Positions 1 to 19,409 are shown, numbered from the stretch's first letter. The stretch is 64,000 nucleotides of DNA from Thermoanaerobaculia bacterium (GCA_963666565.1 OY762911.1:4704001-4768000); one strand, 5' to 3'. Translations and numbers: made by a program. Notes: generated by a model not told the origin, from the sequence alone.

Positions 1-475
1 GTTCGCCGCCTCCTTCCAGGAGGCCTTCGACGAAGAAGACTGGGAAGCCTGGGCCGAGCAGTTCGAGGACGCGAACTTCAAGGATCTGGACGAGGCCGAG
101 CGCGAGCGCCTGAAGGCCGCCCTGGGCGAGTTCAGGGAGTCCTTCGGCGACGCCATGGAAGGCGTGGACTGGGAGACGTTCCTTGAGGCGCTCGTTGCCT
201 TCGCCAACCAGATCGGCGAAACCGCGGCACTGACGGCCGAGGGCGTCGCCGGCGCCGGTTGGGGCGACTTCGGCGATCTCGTGGCCCGGACGGTCGAGCA
301 GGCGCTCGAAACCGCCGGAGAGGCCACGGAGCGGGCCGCCGAAGAGGCCGGGGAGGCGAGAGAGTCCGCCGGCGAAGAGGCCGAACGAGCGGAGGACGCT
401 GCCGAGGCCGCGGCGGAAGCAGCCGAAGGCGCGTCAAAAGCAACCGAGCAGGAAGCCGAAGAGATCGACGCCTGA
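1..475 (+). CDS. Hypothetical acidic, Ala/Glu-rich protein, 5'-truncated by the window edge
   Basis: The frame is open from position 2 (FAASFQEAFDEEDWEAW...) through ORF 155..475 to TGA, with GC3-rich codons. Confidence 0.7.
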   Translation, partial: FAASFQEAFDEEDWEAWAEQFEDANFKDLDEAERERLKAALGEFRESFGDAMEGVDWETFLEALVAFANQIGETAALTAEGVAGAGWGDFGDLVARTVEQALETAGEATERAAEEAGEARESAGEEAERAEDAAEAAAEAAEGASKATEQEAEEIDA

Positions 476-639
476 ACGCGTCTCCGGGAACGCTCCGGCG
501 GCCGACGGATCGAGGGCAGGGATGCCCAGAGACCCACGCGCTTTCGGGAAACCCCTCGTGACGGCGTCGGTCCGCTCGGCGCGGCAAACCGGCGTGACGT
601 AGGCTTCGCGCTCCCCCTCACGACCCACGGAGTGCGGAG

Positions 640-1590
640 ATGCCAGTCGATCCCCAGGTACAGGCCTTCCTCGAAGCCCAGGCGCAGGCCGCCGTCGAGA
701 ACCACGTTCCTCCCATCGCGGAGCAGACCGTCGAGATGGCCCGCGCCGGCTATCTCGCGGTCGCCGAGATGCTGGGGCCGGGGCCCGACGTAGACACCGA
801 GGACTCGGCGGTTCCCGGCCCGGCCGGGGACATCCCGGTCCGCATCTACCGGCCGCGGGACGCCCGCCCCGGCCTGCCCGTCCTCGTCTACTACCACGGC
901 GGCGGCTGGGTGATCGGCGACCTCGACACCCACGACTACGCCTGCCGCGAACTCTGCGCCGGCGCCGGATGCCTGGTGGTCTCCGTGGACTACCGGCTCG
1001 CGCCCGAGGCACGGTTCCCGGCCGCGGTCGACGACTCCTGGGCCGCCTTGCAGTGGGTCGCCGCAAACGCGGAAAGCCTCGGCGGCGACCCGTCCCGGAT
1101 CGCCGTCGGCGGCGACAGCGCCGGCGGCAACCTCTCCGCCGTGATGAGCCTGCTCGCCCGCGACAACGGCGGCCCGGACCTCGTCTTCCAGCTCCTCGTC
1201 TACCCCGCCGTCGACATGGACTTCAGCCGTCCCTCGATCGACGAGAACGCCGACGGCTACGTGCTGACGAAGGACCACATGATCTGGTTCCGGGGCCACT
1301 ATCTCCGCTCCGAAGCCGACCGCTCCGACTTCCGCGCCTCGCCGCTGCTGGCCGCCGACCACGGCGGCCTGCCGCCGGCCCTGGTCGTCACCGCCGAGTT
1401 CGACCCGCTCCGCGACGAAGGCCGGGACTACGCCGAGGCCCTCCAGGCCGCCGGCGTCGACGCCACGCTCTCGAACTACGAGGGCCAGGTCCACGTCTTC
1501 TTCCAGCTCTCGCCGATCCTCAACGGCGGCCGCAAGGCGGTCGACGAGGCGTGCGCGGCGCTGCGCGCGGCGTTCGGCGAGACCGGTTGA
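640..1590 (+). CDS. Alpha/beta hydrolase, HSL-family esterase/lipase
   Basis: HGGGW oxyanion motif, GDSAG nucleophile elbow, DPLRDEG Asp motif and C-terminal His (QVHVF). Confidence 0.93.
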   Translation: MPVDPQVQAFLEAQAQAAVENHVPPIAEQTVEMARAGYLAVAEMLGPGPDVDTEDSAVPGPAGDIPVRIYRPRDARPGLPVLVYYHGGGWVIGDLDTHDYACRELCAGAGCLVVSVDYRLAPEARFPAAVDDSWAALQWVAANAESLGGDPSRIAVGGDSAGGNLSAVMSLLARDNGGPDLVFQLLVYPAVDMDFSRPSIDENADGYVLTKDHMIWFRGHYLRSEADRSDFRASPLLAADHGGLPPALVVTAEFDPLRDEGRDYAEALQAAGVDATLSNYEGQVHVFFQLSPILNGGRKAVDEACAALRAAFGETG

Positions 1591-1804
1591 CGCCCACCCA
1601 ACCGGCGGAAGGCTGGAGATTCCCGGCAGGCCGGCGCGCGCGGAGTCGTCATGGCGAAGCTCCCGAGCAGTTCGGGTTGGCGACCATGCCGGCCGGCCTG
1701 GCCTCACCAGATCGTCCGCCACCCTGCAGCGCCAGCAACTGGAAGCCGCGCTCAGTCGGCGGTTCCTCTCGGAGACAAGAAGGGGGAAGCGGTAGGCTCG
1801 CGCC

Positions 1805-3391
1805 GTGAGCGTTCCCGCCAGCCGGCCGAGAAACGCCGCCGAGTCTCTCCAGACCGAACGGCAACTCGGCGCCGTCGCGGCGGAACTGACAAGCACAAAC
1901 CGCCCGCTGGCGGCCAAGTCGCCGGGACACGGTCTCGCGGACGAACTCCGAGACCGGATCCGAGCAGGTGGCGACCCGCTCGGCGAGGCTTTCTGCAGAA
2001 TCCGAACGCCGCGGGAACGTCGCGACCAGGGGGCCACCTATACGCCGCCGGCGATCGTGGACAACATGCTCGCGTGGACGGCGAGGCACAAGTCGCCGGC
2101 CCGTGTTGTCGATCCTGGCGCCGGATCCGGACGCTTCATTCTGGCTGCCGCTCGCCAGTTCCCGGACGCCGATCTGGTCGCGGTCGAAACGGACCCGCTC
2201 GCGACTCTGATCCTCCGGGCCAACGCCGAGGTTCACGGCCTGTCCGAACGCCTCTCGATCAAAGAGACCGACTACCGCGACCTCTCGCTGCCCGCGATCG
2301 ATGGACCGACGCTGTTCGTCGGCAATCCGCCCTACGTTCGCCACCATCGCATCGACGCCGAGCGGAAGGACTGGCTCGTCGAGACCGCCGCCAGGCATGG
2401 GCTCCGAGCGAGCAAGCTGGCGGGACTCCACATCCACTTCTTCCTCAAGAGCCTGGAGTTGGCGCGGCCGGGCGACTACGGCGCCTACATCACGGCAGCC
2501 GAGTGGCTGGACGTCAACTATGGCTCGGTGCTTCGCGATGCCCTCGCCGACGGACTGGGCGGCCTCGCTCTGCACCTCATCTCGCCCAAGGCCGCGCCTT
2601 TCCCGGACGCGCTGACTTCGGCCGCCATCACGTGCTGGGAGGCGGGCAGCCACGGCCCTGCCGTCGCGGTGCGGACGATCGACGATCCTGACGACCTGGA
2701 CGAGCTGCGATCGCGGCGGTCGGTACCCTGGAGCACCTTCAAGAAGGCGCACCGCTGGTCGACAGTCATCAGGCCCTCCGGCCGCAAACGCGCCGGCGCC
2801 ATCGAGCTCGGTGATGTCTGCCGAGTTCACCGCGGCCAGGTGACCGGCAACAATGGGGTCTGGATCGCCGGGAAGTACGACGGGGACCTGCCGCCCGAGG
2901 TCCTCTTTCCGGCCATCACACGCGCGCGGGAGCTGTTCTCGGCAGGCCCCGTTCTTGCCCGTACGGACGATCTGCGCGGCATCGTGGACCTGCCGCACGA
3001 GCTCGACAGCCTGCCGGACTCGGACCGCAGCCTGATCGACGAGTTCCTTCGCTGGGCGCGGGAGCAAGGCGCGCACAAGTCCTACATCGCCCGCCACCGG
3101 CGTCCCTGGTGGAAGGTCGGCCTGCGAGAGCCCGCACCGATTCTCTGTACCTACATGGCGCGCCGCCCGCCAGCGTTCGTCCGCAACGTGTGCGGCGCCC
3201 GCCACATCAACGTCGCCCACGGCCTCTACCCCCGGCAAGAGCTTCCCGACGCGCAGCTGGCGGCGCTCACCGAATGGCTCAACCGCCACGTCGGCACCGA
3301 CCAGGGCCGCACCTACGCCGAAGGCCTGACGAAGTTCGAGCCCAAGGAGGTCGAGCGGCTCCCGATCCCGAGGCTTGAAGAACTCGGATGA
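1805..3391 (+). CDS. N6-adenine DNA methyltransferase of a type II R-M system (XamI-like)
   Basis: GATYTP motif X, DPGAGSG motif I and catalytic NPPY motif IV; overlaps the downstream endonuclease (ATGA). Start codon uncertain. Confidence 0.88.
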   Translation: MSVPASRPRNAAESLQTERQLGAVAAELTSTNRPLAAKSPGHGLADELRDRIRAGGDPLGEAFCRIRTPRERRDQGATYTPPAIVDNMLAWTARHKSPARVVDPGAGSGRFILAAARQFPDADLVAVETDPLATLILRANAEVHGLSERLSIKETDYRDLSLPAIDGPTLFVGNPPYVRHHRIDAERKDWLVETAARHGLRASKLAGLHIHFFLKSLELARPGDYGAYITAAEWLDVNYGSVLRDALADGLGGLALHLISPKAAPFPDALTSAAITCWEAGSHGPAVAVRTIDDPDDLDELRSRRSVPWSTFKKAHRWSTVIRPSGRKRAGAIELGDVCRVHRGQVTGNNGVWIAGKYDGDLPPEVLFPAITRARELFSAGPVLARTDDLRGIVDLPHELDSLPDSDRSLIDEFLRWAREQGAHKSYIARHRRPWWKVGLREPAPILCTYMARRPPAFVRNVCGARHINVAHGLYPRQELPDAQLAALTEWLNRHVGTDQGRTYAEGLTKFEPKEVERLPIPRLEELG

Positions 3392-4308
3392 TCGAACCGA
3401 GGCGGTGGACCCTCCCCGAGCTTGAACGAGACGCCGAAGAAGCCGAGTCGGTCTTCCGCGAAGAACGGCTCAGCGAGCCCCTGCATCGGTACACGGAGTT
3501 CTTCGAGCGCTTCGCGGCCGTCTTCCGGGAACTCGTCGACCGCCTGCCGGCGCTCGCGCACGCGGAGGACTCAGCGGACACGATCATCGAGATCTTCAGC
3601 GAAGAGGACGCGCGAACTGCTCTTCGCTACCTCGCCGCGCCCCCGGTGTCAGACGACGACCTGAAGACTCTCGCCGAGACCAGACTCTCCGCCGCCGCCC
3701 TCCGAAGCACACCTGAGAACGCCCGCCGCATCGCCGCTCTCGTCTTCCGCCTGATCGATCCCCACCGCTTTCCCTGGGTCACCGAGAGCCGCCTGCCTAC
3801 GAGCGACGAAGTCGAACGCGCCGTCGTCGCTTCCGCAGCCCTCGTTGCGACGCAGAAGGTCGCCACCTCCCGTCGAAGCGCCAGCAAGGTCCAGGAAGAC
3901 GCGGTCAAGGAGGTGCTCCGCTCCCGCGACTTCATCGAGGATCCTTCCCGGCCCGACATCGAGACCCTCGTCGATGCCCCGGCCCCGAACCACTTCCGGA
4001 GCGAAAGCAAGCTGGGCCGAACCAAGGCCGACATCGTGGCCCGTCTGGCCGATCAGCGGATTCTGGCAATCGAATGCAAGGTGTCCAACAGCGCCGTCAA
4101 CTCCTTCAAGCGCGTCAACCACGAGGCCGTCGGCAAGGCACGGTCCTGGCTGTCCGACTTCGGAACACGCCAGATCGTCCCGGCCGCCGTCCTCGGCGGT
4201 GTGTTCAAGCCCGAGAATCTGGCGACGGCTCAAGACGAGGGACTCGCGCTCTTCTGGGCCTTCCGCCTTGACGATCTGAGGGAGTTCCTCCAGCAGGTTT
4301 CAGCCTGA
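3388..4308 (+). CDS. XamI-family type II restriction endonuclease
   Basis: PD-(D/E)xK-type segment KADIVARLADQRILAIECKVSNSAVNSFKRVNHEA, recognised as typical of the RE_XamI family; translationally coupled to the MTase. Confidence 0.82.
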   Translation: MIEPRRWTLPELERDAEEAESVFREERLSEPLHRYTEFFERFAAVFRELVDRLPALAHAEDSADTIIEIFSEEDARTALRYLAAPPVSDDDLKTLAETRLSAAALRSTPENARRIAALVFRLIDPHRFPWVTESRLPTSDEVERAVVASAALVATQKVATSRRSASKVQEDAVKEVLRSRDFIEDPSRPDIETLVDAPAPNHFRSESKLGRTKADIVARLADQRILAIECKVSNSAVNSFKRVNHEAVGKARSWLSDFGTRQIVPAAVLGGVFKPENLATAQDEGLALFWAFRLDDLREFLQQVSA

Positions 4309-4401
4309 GCCAGGTCCGCGCCCGGTTGGTTCCGTGTCAACGACATTCCGCGACGGCAGCGGCGAATCCGACAGCGATGCGGGCCGCGACGTCTCATCGC
4401 C

Positions 4402-4438
4402 TTGACACGTCACCCGTAGTGTGTACTATGTAGTACAC
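4402..4438 (+). promoter_or_regulatory. Sigma70-type promoter overlapped by a perfect palindromic operator
   Basis: TTGACA (4402-4407), 16 bp, TACTAT (4424-4429). Inverted repeat GTGTACTA-TG-TAGTACAC (4421-4438) sits directly before ATG 4439. Confidence 0.75.
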
Positions 4439-4789
4439 ATGACATTCGGGAGCCACGTACGGAAGCGGCGCGAGGCGTTGCGGCGAGACGACCCTTCGTT
4501 CTCGCTGCGCCAGGTCGCGCTGCGGGTCGGAATCGAGCCCGCCTACCTGAGCAAGGTGGAGCGCGGGCAGGTGGCGCCTCCCTCGGAGGCGACGATTCGG
4601 CGGCTCGCCGCCGAGCTGGCCGAGGAACCGGATCTCCTCCTCGCCATGGCCGGCAAGGTCTCCCGCGAACTTCAGGAGATCATCATCCGCCGCCCTCAGC
4701 TCTTCGCCGAACTGCTGCGGCAGCTTCGGCGAGCGCCCGACGACGCCCTTCTGCGAATCGTCCGGGAGGTTCGGGACGGCGACTGGTAA
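4439..4789 (+). CDS. XRE-family helix-turn-helix transcriptional regulator
   Basis: SLRQVALRVGIEPAYLSKVERG HTH_3 pattern. ATG 4439 is preferred over GTG 4421, which lies inside the promoter/operator. Confidence 0.85.
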   Translation: MTFGSHVRKRREALRRDDPSFSLRQVALRVGIEPAYLSKVERGQVAPPSEATIRRLAAELAEEPDLLLAMAGKVSRELQEIIIRRPQLFAELLRQLRRAPDDALLRIVREVRDGDW

Positions 4790-4809
4790 GACGACGACAG
4801 GAGAACCAG

Positions 4810-5802
4810 GTGATCGAACTTCGCAACGACGAACTCAGCTTCAGCTTCCCGGAAGTCCACCGAGACGCACGGGCGTCCGTTTCCTTCAGCCGGACGCTGC
4901 GGATTCCGGACGACAACCGGTCGCATCCCCTGCCGCCGGGCCTCGGCCGGTTTCCCCTACACCACGTCGACGACTACGTGTCCCGCCTGCCCGCCGACTG
5001 GCGCCGGCACGGCGGCGTCTTCCTGCCGATGTACCAGGCCGAGGCGCTGTGGATCCTGTTCAACGGCAGCTATCCCATGGCGGTCAAGGTCGCGGCGGGG
5101 AAGATCGACGCGGTCACGGGAACGCGCTTTCGGAACCGGCTGCACAAGAAACAGGACTACGTCGTCCTGCCGGAGCAGCCGTGGCTCGACGGCTTCTGCG
5201 TCCGCAAGGGGCTGATCCGTCAGTTCGTTGCGATGCCGCTCGGGGAGGGCTACACCGCCGAGGAGCAGTTGACCGGAGAGGCCGAACACGGCGGCCTGCA
5301 GTTCGTCGTGTATCCGATGAAGGCGTCGCGCTACGAAGAGATGAAGCGGAAGTGGGAAGACGTTGACCTCCTCTTCTGCCCGGCCGAGCCCGCCCAGACG
5401 GTCGCGCGCGAGATGGGCCTCGCGCCCGGCGGCCTGATGCACCAGGAGATCTACGAGGACGACCACGGCCTCGACGCCTGGGACATGAGGGCCCGGTCGC
5501 GGTGTTTTGTCCACATCCTCAACTCGGCCCAGTATCGCGGCGTCACCGGCGGCAGGCCGCCGCACGAACCGCCAACCGCTGCGGACTACGGCCGCTACGG
5601 CCTCCCTTGGTTCGAGTACTACGACGCCGACCGGAAGGCCCTTGACGGCGCGCCCAGGCTTGCCGGCCTGGACAGCGTCGCGACGCGCCGGATCAAGGAA
5701 GGGCACGAACCACCGGAGGACGACGTGACGATCCCCGCGGCGGCAAGGCACGTCGTTTCGCTAGGACCGGACCGAGACCGCGTCCGCGAAGGCCGATTCT
5801 GA
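4810..5802 (+). CDS. Conserved hypothetical protein (330 aa)
   Basis: GGAG RBS and strong coding bias; conserved-looking blocks RTLRIPDD, LPPGLGRFPL, QPWLDGF, RQFVAMPLG and GLAPGG; co-transcribed with the XRE gene. Confidence 0.75.
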   Translation: MIELRNDELSFSFPEVHRDARASVSFSRTLRIPDDNRSHPLPPGLGRFPLHHVDDYVSRLPADWRRHGGVFLPMYQAEALWILFNGSYPMAVKVAAGKIDAVTGTRFRNRLHKKQDYVVLPEQPWLDGFCVRKGLIRQFVAMPLGEGYTAEEQLTGEAEHGGLQFVVYPMKASRYEEMKRKWEDVDLLFCPAEPAQTVAREMGLAPGGLMHQEIYEDDHGLDAWDMRARSRCFVHILNSAQYRGVTGGRPPHEPPTAADYGRYGLPWFEYYDADRKALDGAPRLAGLDSVATRRIKEGHEPPEDDVTIPAAARHVVSLGPDRDRVREGRF

Positions 5803-6460
5803 CCGGGCCGCCGAACGCTCAGCGAAAAGCAAACCCGACCGTGAGTCAGCGGTCCTGAGACCCCAGCAGCGCGAGACCCACCAAGGCGCGAAGCACAAGT
5901 GCCTGATCCCCGCGGGCCATCTGCTAGCCTCTCTTTGTGACTGCTTTCGAGAAGATCACTGGTGTGCCGCTCCGGAAGGCGAGGCGCCAGTGCTTCGCCA
6001 CGCTGTTGGTCGGGGTTCCCTTCGCGGCAGCCGCGGTTTGGGAGCCCGGAATCGTGGGCTTCGCCCTGGTGGCCGCCTGGGCCGGCGGTTGCGTCGCCGC
6101 CGTAGCTGGCCTGCTGGGCAGCGCGCCCCGAAACTGAGCGGTCAACTCTCGGCCGCTCTGTTACCGCCTCCAGCGTCGTCCGCCGCTTCTTCGCGGCACT
6201 CGGGCGTCGAAGCAGTTCACTCTTGAGCCTTCGCGGGCACACCGGGGAGCATCGCCCCTGCGTCCAGCAGTTCCTCGGCCGACCGAGCTGCCGCCGCTTC
6301 CAGTTCCAACCCCCCTGCTTCAAGGTCGGCCACATGTCCCGATTGCGCCGCCAAGGCCGCGCCTTGTTCAAGGTCAACGTCCCATGCCGCCGCCCAAAGG
6401 ACTGCGGCAGACATCTGCCCATGAGACACCTTCACCCGACCGGACCGCTCCGTTTCGGTC

Positions 6461-11245
<4,785 letters not shown>

Positions 11246-11451
11246 GGGTCATCCTAGGAGATGCGCCCGATACGCAGCGAAGCAAGGTCGGGCGCCATCT
11301 CCTGGGGTGAGGACGGGATGGGCCGAAACACCGAGCTCGCGAGGAGTTTCGGGGCGCTACGCCGTTCGCGCGGCCCCGCCGGCGCGCACCCGGCTGCTAA
11401 CCTCGCCGCTCTTCGGGAACCGGATCGAGCGGCAGGCGGAAACAAGGAGCG

Positions 11452-11757
11452 ATGGCGCACCACGACCACGGCAAGCACGGCGGCAAGCGCTACTGGCTCG
11501 ACGACAAGCGGAACGTCGCCAAGGTCTTCTACGCGCTGATCGCCGTCGATGTCCTGTGGCTGGCGGCTGACTTCTTCTACAAGAAGAAGGCGGAGTTCGA
11601 CGCCTGGGGCGGCTGGGCGGACGGTGGACTCGGGTTCTACCCCGTCTACGGCTTCGTCGGCGCCTTCCTGCTGGTGCTGGCCGCGAAGCAGATGCGGCGC
11701 GTGCTGATGCGGCCCGAGGACTACTACGAGCGGCGCCGCGACGGCGGGGCTTCCTGA
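11452..11757 (+). CDS. Small two-TM membrane protein typically found in Mrp antiporter loci
   Basis: AAGGAG RBS, two hydrophobic segments and C-terminal LMRPEDYYE motif; directly upstream of the MrpD-like gene. Confidence 0.7.
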   Translation: MAHHDHGKHGGKRYWLDDKRNVAKVFYALIAVDVLWLAADFFYKKKAEFDAWGGWADGGLGFYPVYGFVGAFLLVLAAKQMRRVLMRPEDYYERRRDGGAS

Positions 11758-11764
11758 GTCCCGG

Positions 11765-13549
11765 ATGGTCGACTTCCTGCTGTCGCCGCCGCTGCTGCTG
11801 ATGTTCGGCAGCGTGGCGCTCGCCGCGGCGCCGCGCAACGTGCTGCCCCGCACCGTGTTGCGGGCGCTCCTGCTGGCCCTGCCGGTCTGGTCGCTGTGGC
11901 GGTTCTGGGGCCTCGACTTCGGCGATCACGCGCAGTTCGACCTGTTCGGCCAGACCCTGACGCTGATGCGGATCGACGGTCTCTCCCGGATCTTCGCCGT
12001 CATCTTTCACCTGGCGGCGCTGATCGGCAGCGTCTACTCGTTCTACGTCAAGGACAACTTCCAGCCGCTCGTCGGCGTCTTCTACGCCGGATCGGCGCTG
12101 GGGGTGGTGCTCGCCGGCGACCTGTGGACGCTGTTCCTGTTCTGGGAGATCGCCGCGGTGTCGTCGGCGCTGCTGGTGTGGGTGCGGCGAAGCGGCCGGG
12201 CGGCCGGCGCCGGGCTGCGCTACCTCGGGATGCAGATGGTGTCCGGCGTGATGCTGCTCGCGGGGATCGTGCTGCTCCGGCACGAACTCGGGGCCGCCCC
12301 CGGCTGGGCCGAGTTCCGCGACCTCACCGGCCTGCTCGAGGACGGCGGGCTCGGCTTCGCAAACCTGGGGCCGACGCTGATCCTGCTCGCCTTCGGCCTC
12401 AAGGCGGCCTTCCCGCTGCTGCACAGTTGGCTGATCGACGCGTACCCCGAGTCGACTCCGGCCGGCGCGGTGTTCCTGTCGGCGTTCACGACGAAGTTCG
12501 CGATCTACGCCCTCGCCCGCGCCTTCCCCGGCCAGTCCGAGCTGATCTGGATCGGCGGGCTGATGACCGCCTTCCCGATCTTCTTCGCCGTGATCGAGAA
12601 CGACCTGCGGCGGGTGCTCGCCTACAGCATGACGAACCAGCTCGGCTTCATGGTGGTCGGCATCGGCATCGGCACCGAACTGGCAATCAACGGCGCGGCG
12701 GCCCACGCCTTCGCCGACATCCTGTTCAAGGGGCTGCTGTTCATGGCGATGGGCGCGGTGCTCTACCGGGTCGGCCACGTGAACGGTTCGGACCTGGGCG
12801 GCCTCTACAAGTCGATGCCGATCACGACCGGGCTGTGCATCGTGGGCGCGGCGTCCATCTCGGCCTTCCCGCTGTTCTCGGCCTTCGCGACGAAGTCGCT
12901 CATCATGAGCGCGGCGGCGCACGAGCACTACCTGTGGCTGTGGCTGGTGCTGCTGTTCGCCTCCGCCGGCGTCTTCCACCACGCCGGAATCAAGATCCCG
13001 TTCTTCGCCTTCTTCCACCACGACTCGGGCATCCGCTGCAAGGAGGCGCCGCGATCGATGATCGTCGCGATGGTCCTGGCGGCCGCGGCGAGCATGGCGA
13101 TCGGCCTGTTCCCGCTGGCCGAGATGTGGTTCGGCGTCGCGAATCCGTTCTACGAACTGCTGCCCTACCCGGTCGACTACGAGGTGTACACGACGACCCA
13201 CGTCATCACCCAGAGTCAGCTCCTCTTCTTCTCGGCCCTGGCGTTCGCGACGCTGATGCGCACCGGCCTCTACCCACCGGAACTGCGCTCGGTGAACCTG
13301 GACGCCGACTGGCTCTACCGCCGGGTCGGCCTGCGCGTGTGGGACGGCGTCGCCGCGGCGTGCGTTGCGCTGCACCGGGCCGGGTACGCCGTCGCCGGGC
13401 GCCTTGCCGCCCGTGCCCTCGCCACGGCGCAGCGTCACCTGGGGCCGCAGGGGTTCCTGGGCCGCTCCTGGCTCACGGCGTCGATGGCGCTCTGGGTGGC
13501 GCTGCTGCTGGCGGCGTACCTCGTCGTCTTCTACTGGCGGTTGGGTTAG
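11765..13549 (+). CDS. Na+/H+ antiporter subunit D-like protein (proton-conducting membrane transporter family)
   Basis: Many TM helices; LFWE, KAAFPLLHSWLIDAYPES, RRVLAYS and QLGFM motifs of the MrpD/NuoM family. Confidence 0.87.
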   Translation: MVDFLLSPPLLLMFGSVALAAAPRNVLPRTVLRALLLALPVWSLWRFWGLDFGDHAQFDLFGQTLTLMRIDGLSRIFAVIFHLAALIGSVYSFYVKDNFQPLVGVFYAGSALGVVLAGDLWTLFLFWEIAAVSSALLVWVRRSGRAAGAGLRYLGMQMVSGVMLLAGIVLLRHELGAAPGWAEFRDLTGLLEDGGLGFANLGPTLILLAFGLKAAFPLLHSWLIDAYPESTPAGAVFLSAFTTKFAIYALARAFPGQSELIWIGGLMTAFPIFFAVIENDLRRVLAYSMTNQLGFMVVGIGIGTELAINGAAAHAFADILFKGLLFMAMGAVLYRVGHVNGSDLGGLYKSMPITTGLCIVGAASISAFPLFSAFATKSLIMSAAAHEHYLWLWLVLLFASAGVFHHAGIKIPFFAFFHHDSGIRCKEAPRSMIVAMVLAAAASMAIGLFPLAEMWFGVANPFYELLPYPVDYEVYTTTHVITQSQLLFFSALAFATLMRTGLYPPELRSVNLDADWLYRRVGLRVWDGVAAACVALHRAGYAVAGRLAARALATAQRHLGPQGFLGRSWLTASMALWVALLLAAYLVVFYWRLG

Positions 13550-13556
13550 CGACCGG

Positions 13557-13697
13557 CTGGGCGCGCGGGTCCTCTGACCCGCTGCCGCCGAAGGCGGCGT
13601 CCAGCGTCGTCGCCGGCCTCCGGCCGGCGGCGTTCGGTCCGGGCTGCGCCGCTCCGCGGCTTCGCCCGTCAGCGGGTCGGAAGACCCGCGCACCCAG
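13557..13697. repeat. REPIN-like element: two inverted REP copies
   Basis: CTGGGCGCGCGGGTCCTCTGACCCGC (13557-13582) faces GCGGGTCGGAAGACCCGCGCACCCAG (13672-13697). Confidence 0.85.
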
Positions 13698-13698
13698 C

Positions 13699-13751
13699 AT
13701 CAGCTTCTCTAATGCTCAGCGCTTGCTCATCAGGGTTAGCTAATGTAGGCT
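13699..13751 (+). promoter_or_regulatory. Putative LysR autoregulatory boxes and promoter
   Basis: ATCAG-N5-CTAAT (13699-13713, fits T-N11-A) and ATCAG-N6-CTAAT (13729-13744); TTGCTC-17-TAGGCT (13723-13751) upstream of the LysR ATG. Confidence 0.55.
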
Positions 13752-13763
13752 CTTGCACTTCCG

Positions 13764-14684
13764 ATGCAAGGGCTCAGGATCTTCTGCGACGTCGCCGATC
13801 TGCGCAGCTTCAGCCGTGCCGCCGAGCTTCACGGCATCACGCAGTCCGCGGTCAGCCAGCGCATCCAGCACCTGGAGGAACTGTTCGGCACACGGCTGCT
13901 CGACCGCTCGAAGCGGCCCTTCGTGCTGACGCCGGCCGGCGAACTGGTCTCCAGCGAGGGGCGCGAACTCGTCGCCCGTTACGACGCGCTGGCGCGCAAC
14001 GTCGCCCGCCTCGACCCGGAGCGCGGCGGCACCGTGCGCGTCCACGCGATCTACTCCGCCGGCATCGCCCTGCTCAACCAGTTGCGGGCCGAGTTCCATC
14101 TCCGGCGTCCGGAAGTCGACGTGGAGATCGAGTACGAACCGCCGTCCGCGGTGGCCGAAGCAGCCCGGACCGGCCGCTGCGACTTCGGCATCGTCTCCTA
14201 CCCGGAGCAGTGGCCGGGCCTGCATTCGCGTCCGCTGCGCGAGGAGCGGATGTGCCTGGCCTGCGGCGTCGACCACGAACTGGCCGGCGCCGACCGGGTG
14301 CGCGCCACCGACCTCGACGGCCGCGAGTTGATCCACTTCACCCACGAACTCCCGGCGGCGCGGCACATTCGCAGCTACCTGGTCGCAAACGGCGCCAATG
14401 CGGTGTTCGCCCAGCGTCTCGACAACATCGACACGTTCAAGAACATGCTGCAGGCGACGGACTACGCGGCGATCCTGCCGCTGCGGACCTTCCTCGCCGA
14501 AGTGCGCGCCGGCCTGCTCGCCGCGGCGCCGCTCGAACCGGCGCTCGAGCGGCCGATGGGGATCGTCTTCGCCCGCCGCCGGCTGCGTCCGGCCGCCGAG
14601 GACTTCGCGGCCTTCCTGGTCGAAAACGCCGGGCCGATGCTCGCGGACGACGACCTGAGCGCCGAGCGCGGAGAAGCGGCATGA
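13764..14684 (+). CDS. LysR-family transcriptional regulator upstream of gltBD
   Basis: N-terminal SFSRAAELHGITQSAVSQRIQHLE HTH followed by a substrate-binding domain. Confidence 0.92.
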   Translation: MQGLRIFCDVADLRSFSRAAELHGITQSAVSQRIQHLEELFGTRLLDRSKRPFVLTPAGELVSSEGRELVARYDALARNVARLDPERGGTVRVHAIYSAGIALLNQLRAEFHLRRPEVDVEIEYEPPSAVAEAARTGRCDFGIVSYPEQWPGLHSRPLREERMCLACGVDHELAGADRVRATDLDGRELIHFTHELPAARHIRSYLVANGANAVFAQRLDNIDTFKNMLQATDYAAILPLRTFLAEVRAGLLAAAPLEPALERPMGIVFARRRLRPAAEDFAAFLVENAGPMLADDDLSAERGEAA

Positions 14685-14769
14685 CGATCCGTAACGACAC
14701 GCTCGCCGCCGCCTGCCTCCCGCTCGACACGCGGACGGAAGCCACCGACCGACGGCCGCTGGAGCCCGC

Positions 14770-19353
<4,584 letters not shown>

Positions 19354-19409
19354 GGACGGCCGGGGGGGAAGGTGCAAGGCCAGGCGATGCAATCCGGCAC
19401 GACAGCGCC

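Noticed and set aside
476-639. Possible riboswitch or ncRNA upstream of the esterase
   Set aside because: No recognisable conserved RNA motif; only generic GC-rich pairing.
5803-6460. Small ORFs (5937..6137 + and 6217-6416 -) between the hypothetical gene and lhr
   Set aside because: Short, no recognisable motif or RBS, and competing overlapping frames; they cannot be supported.
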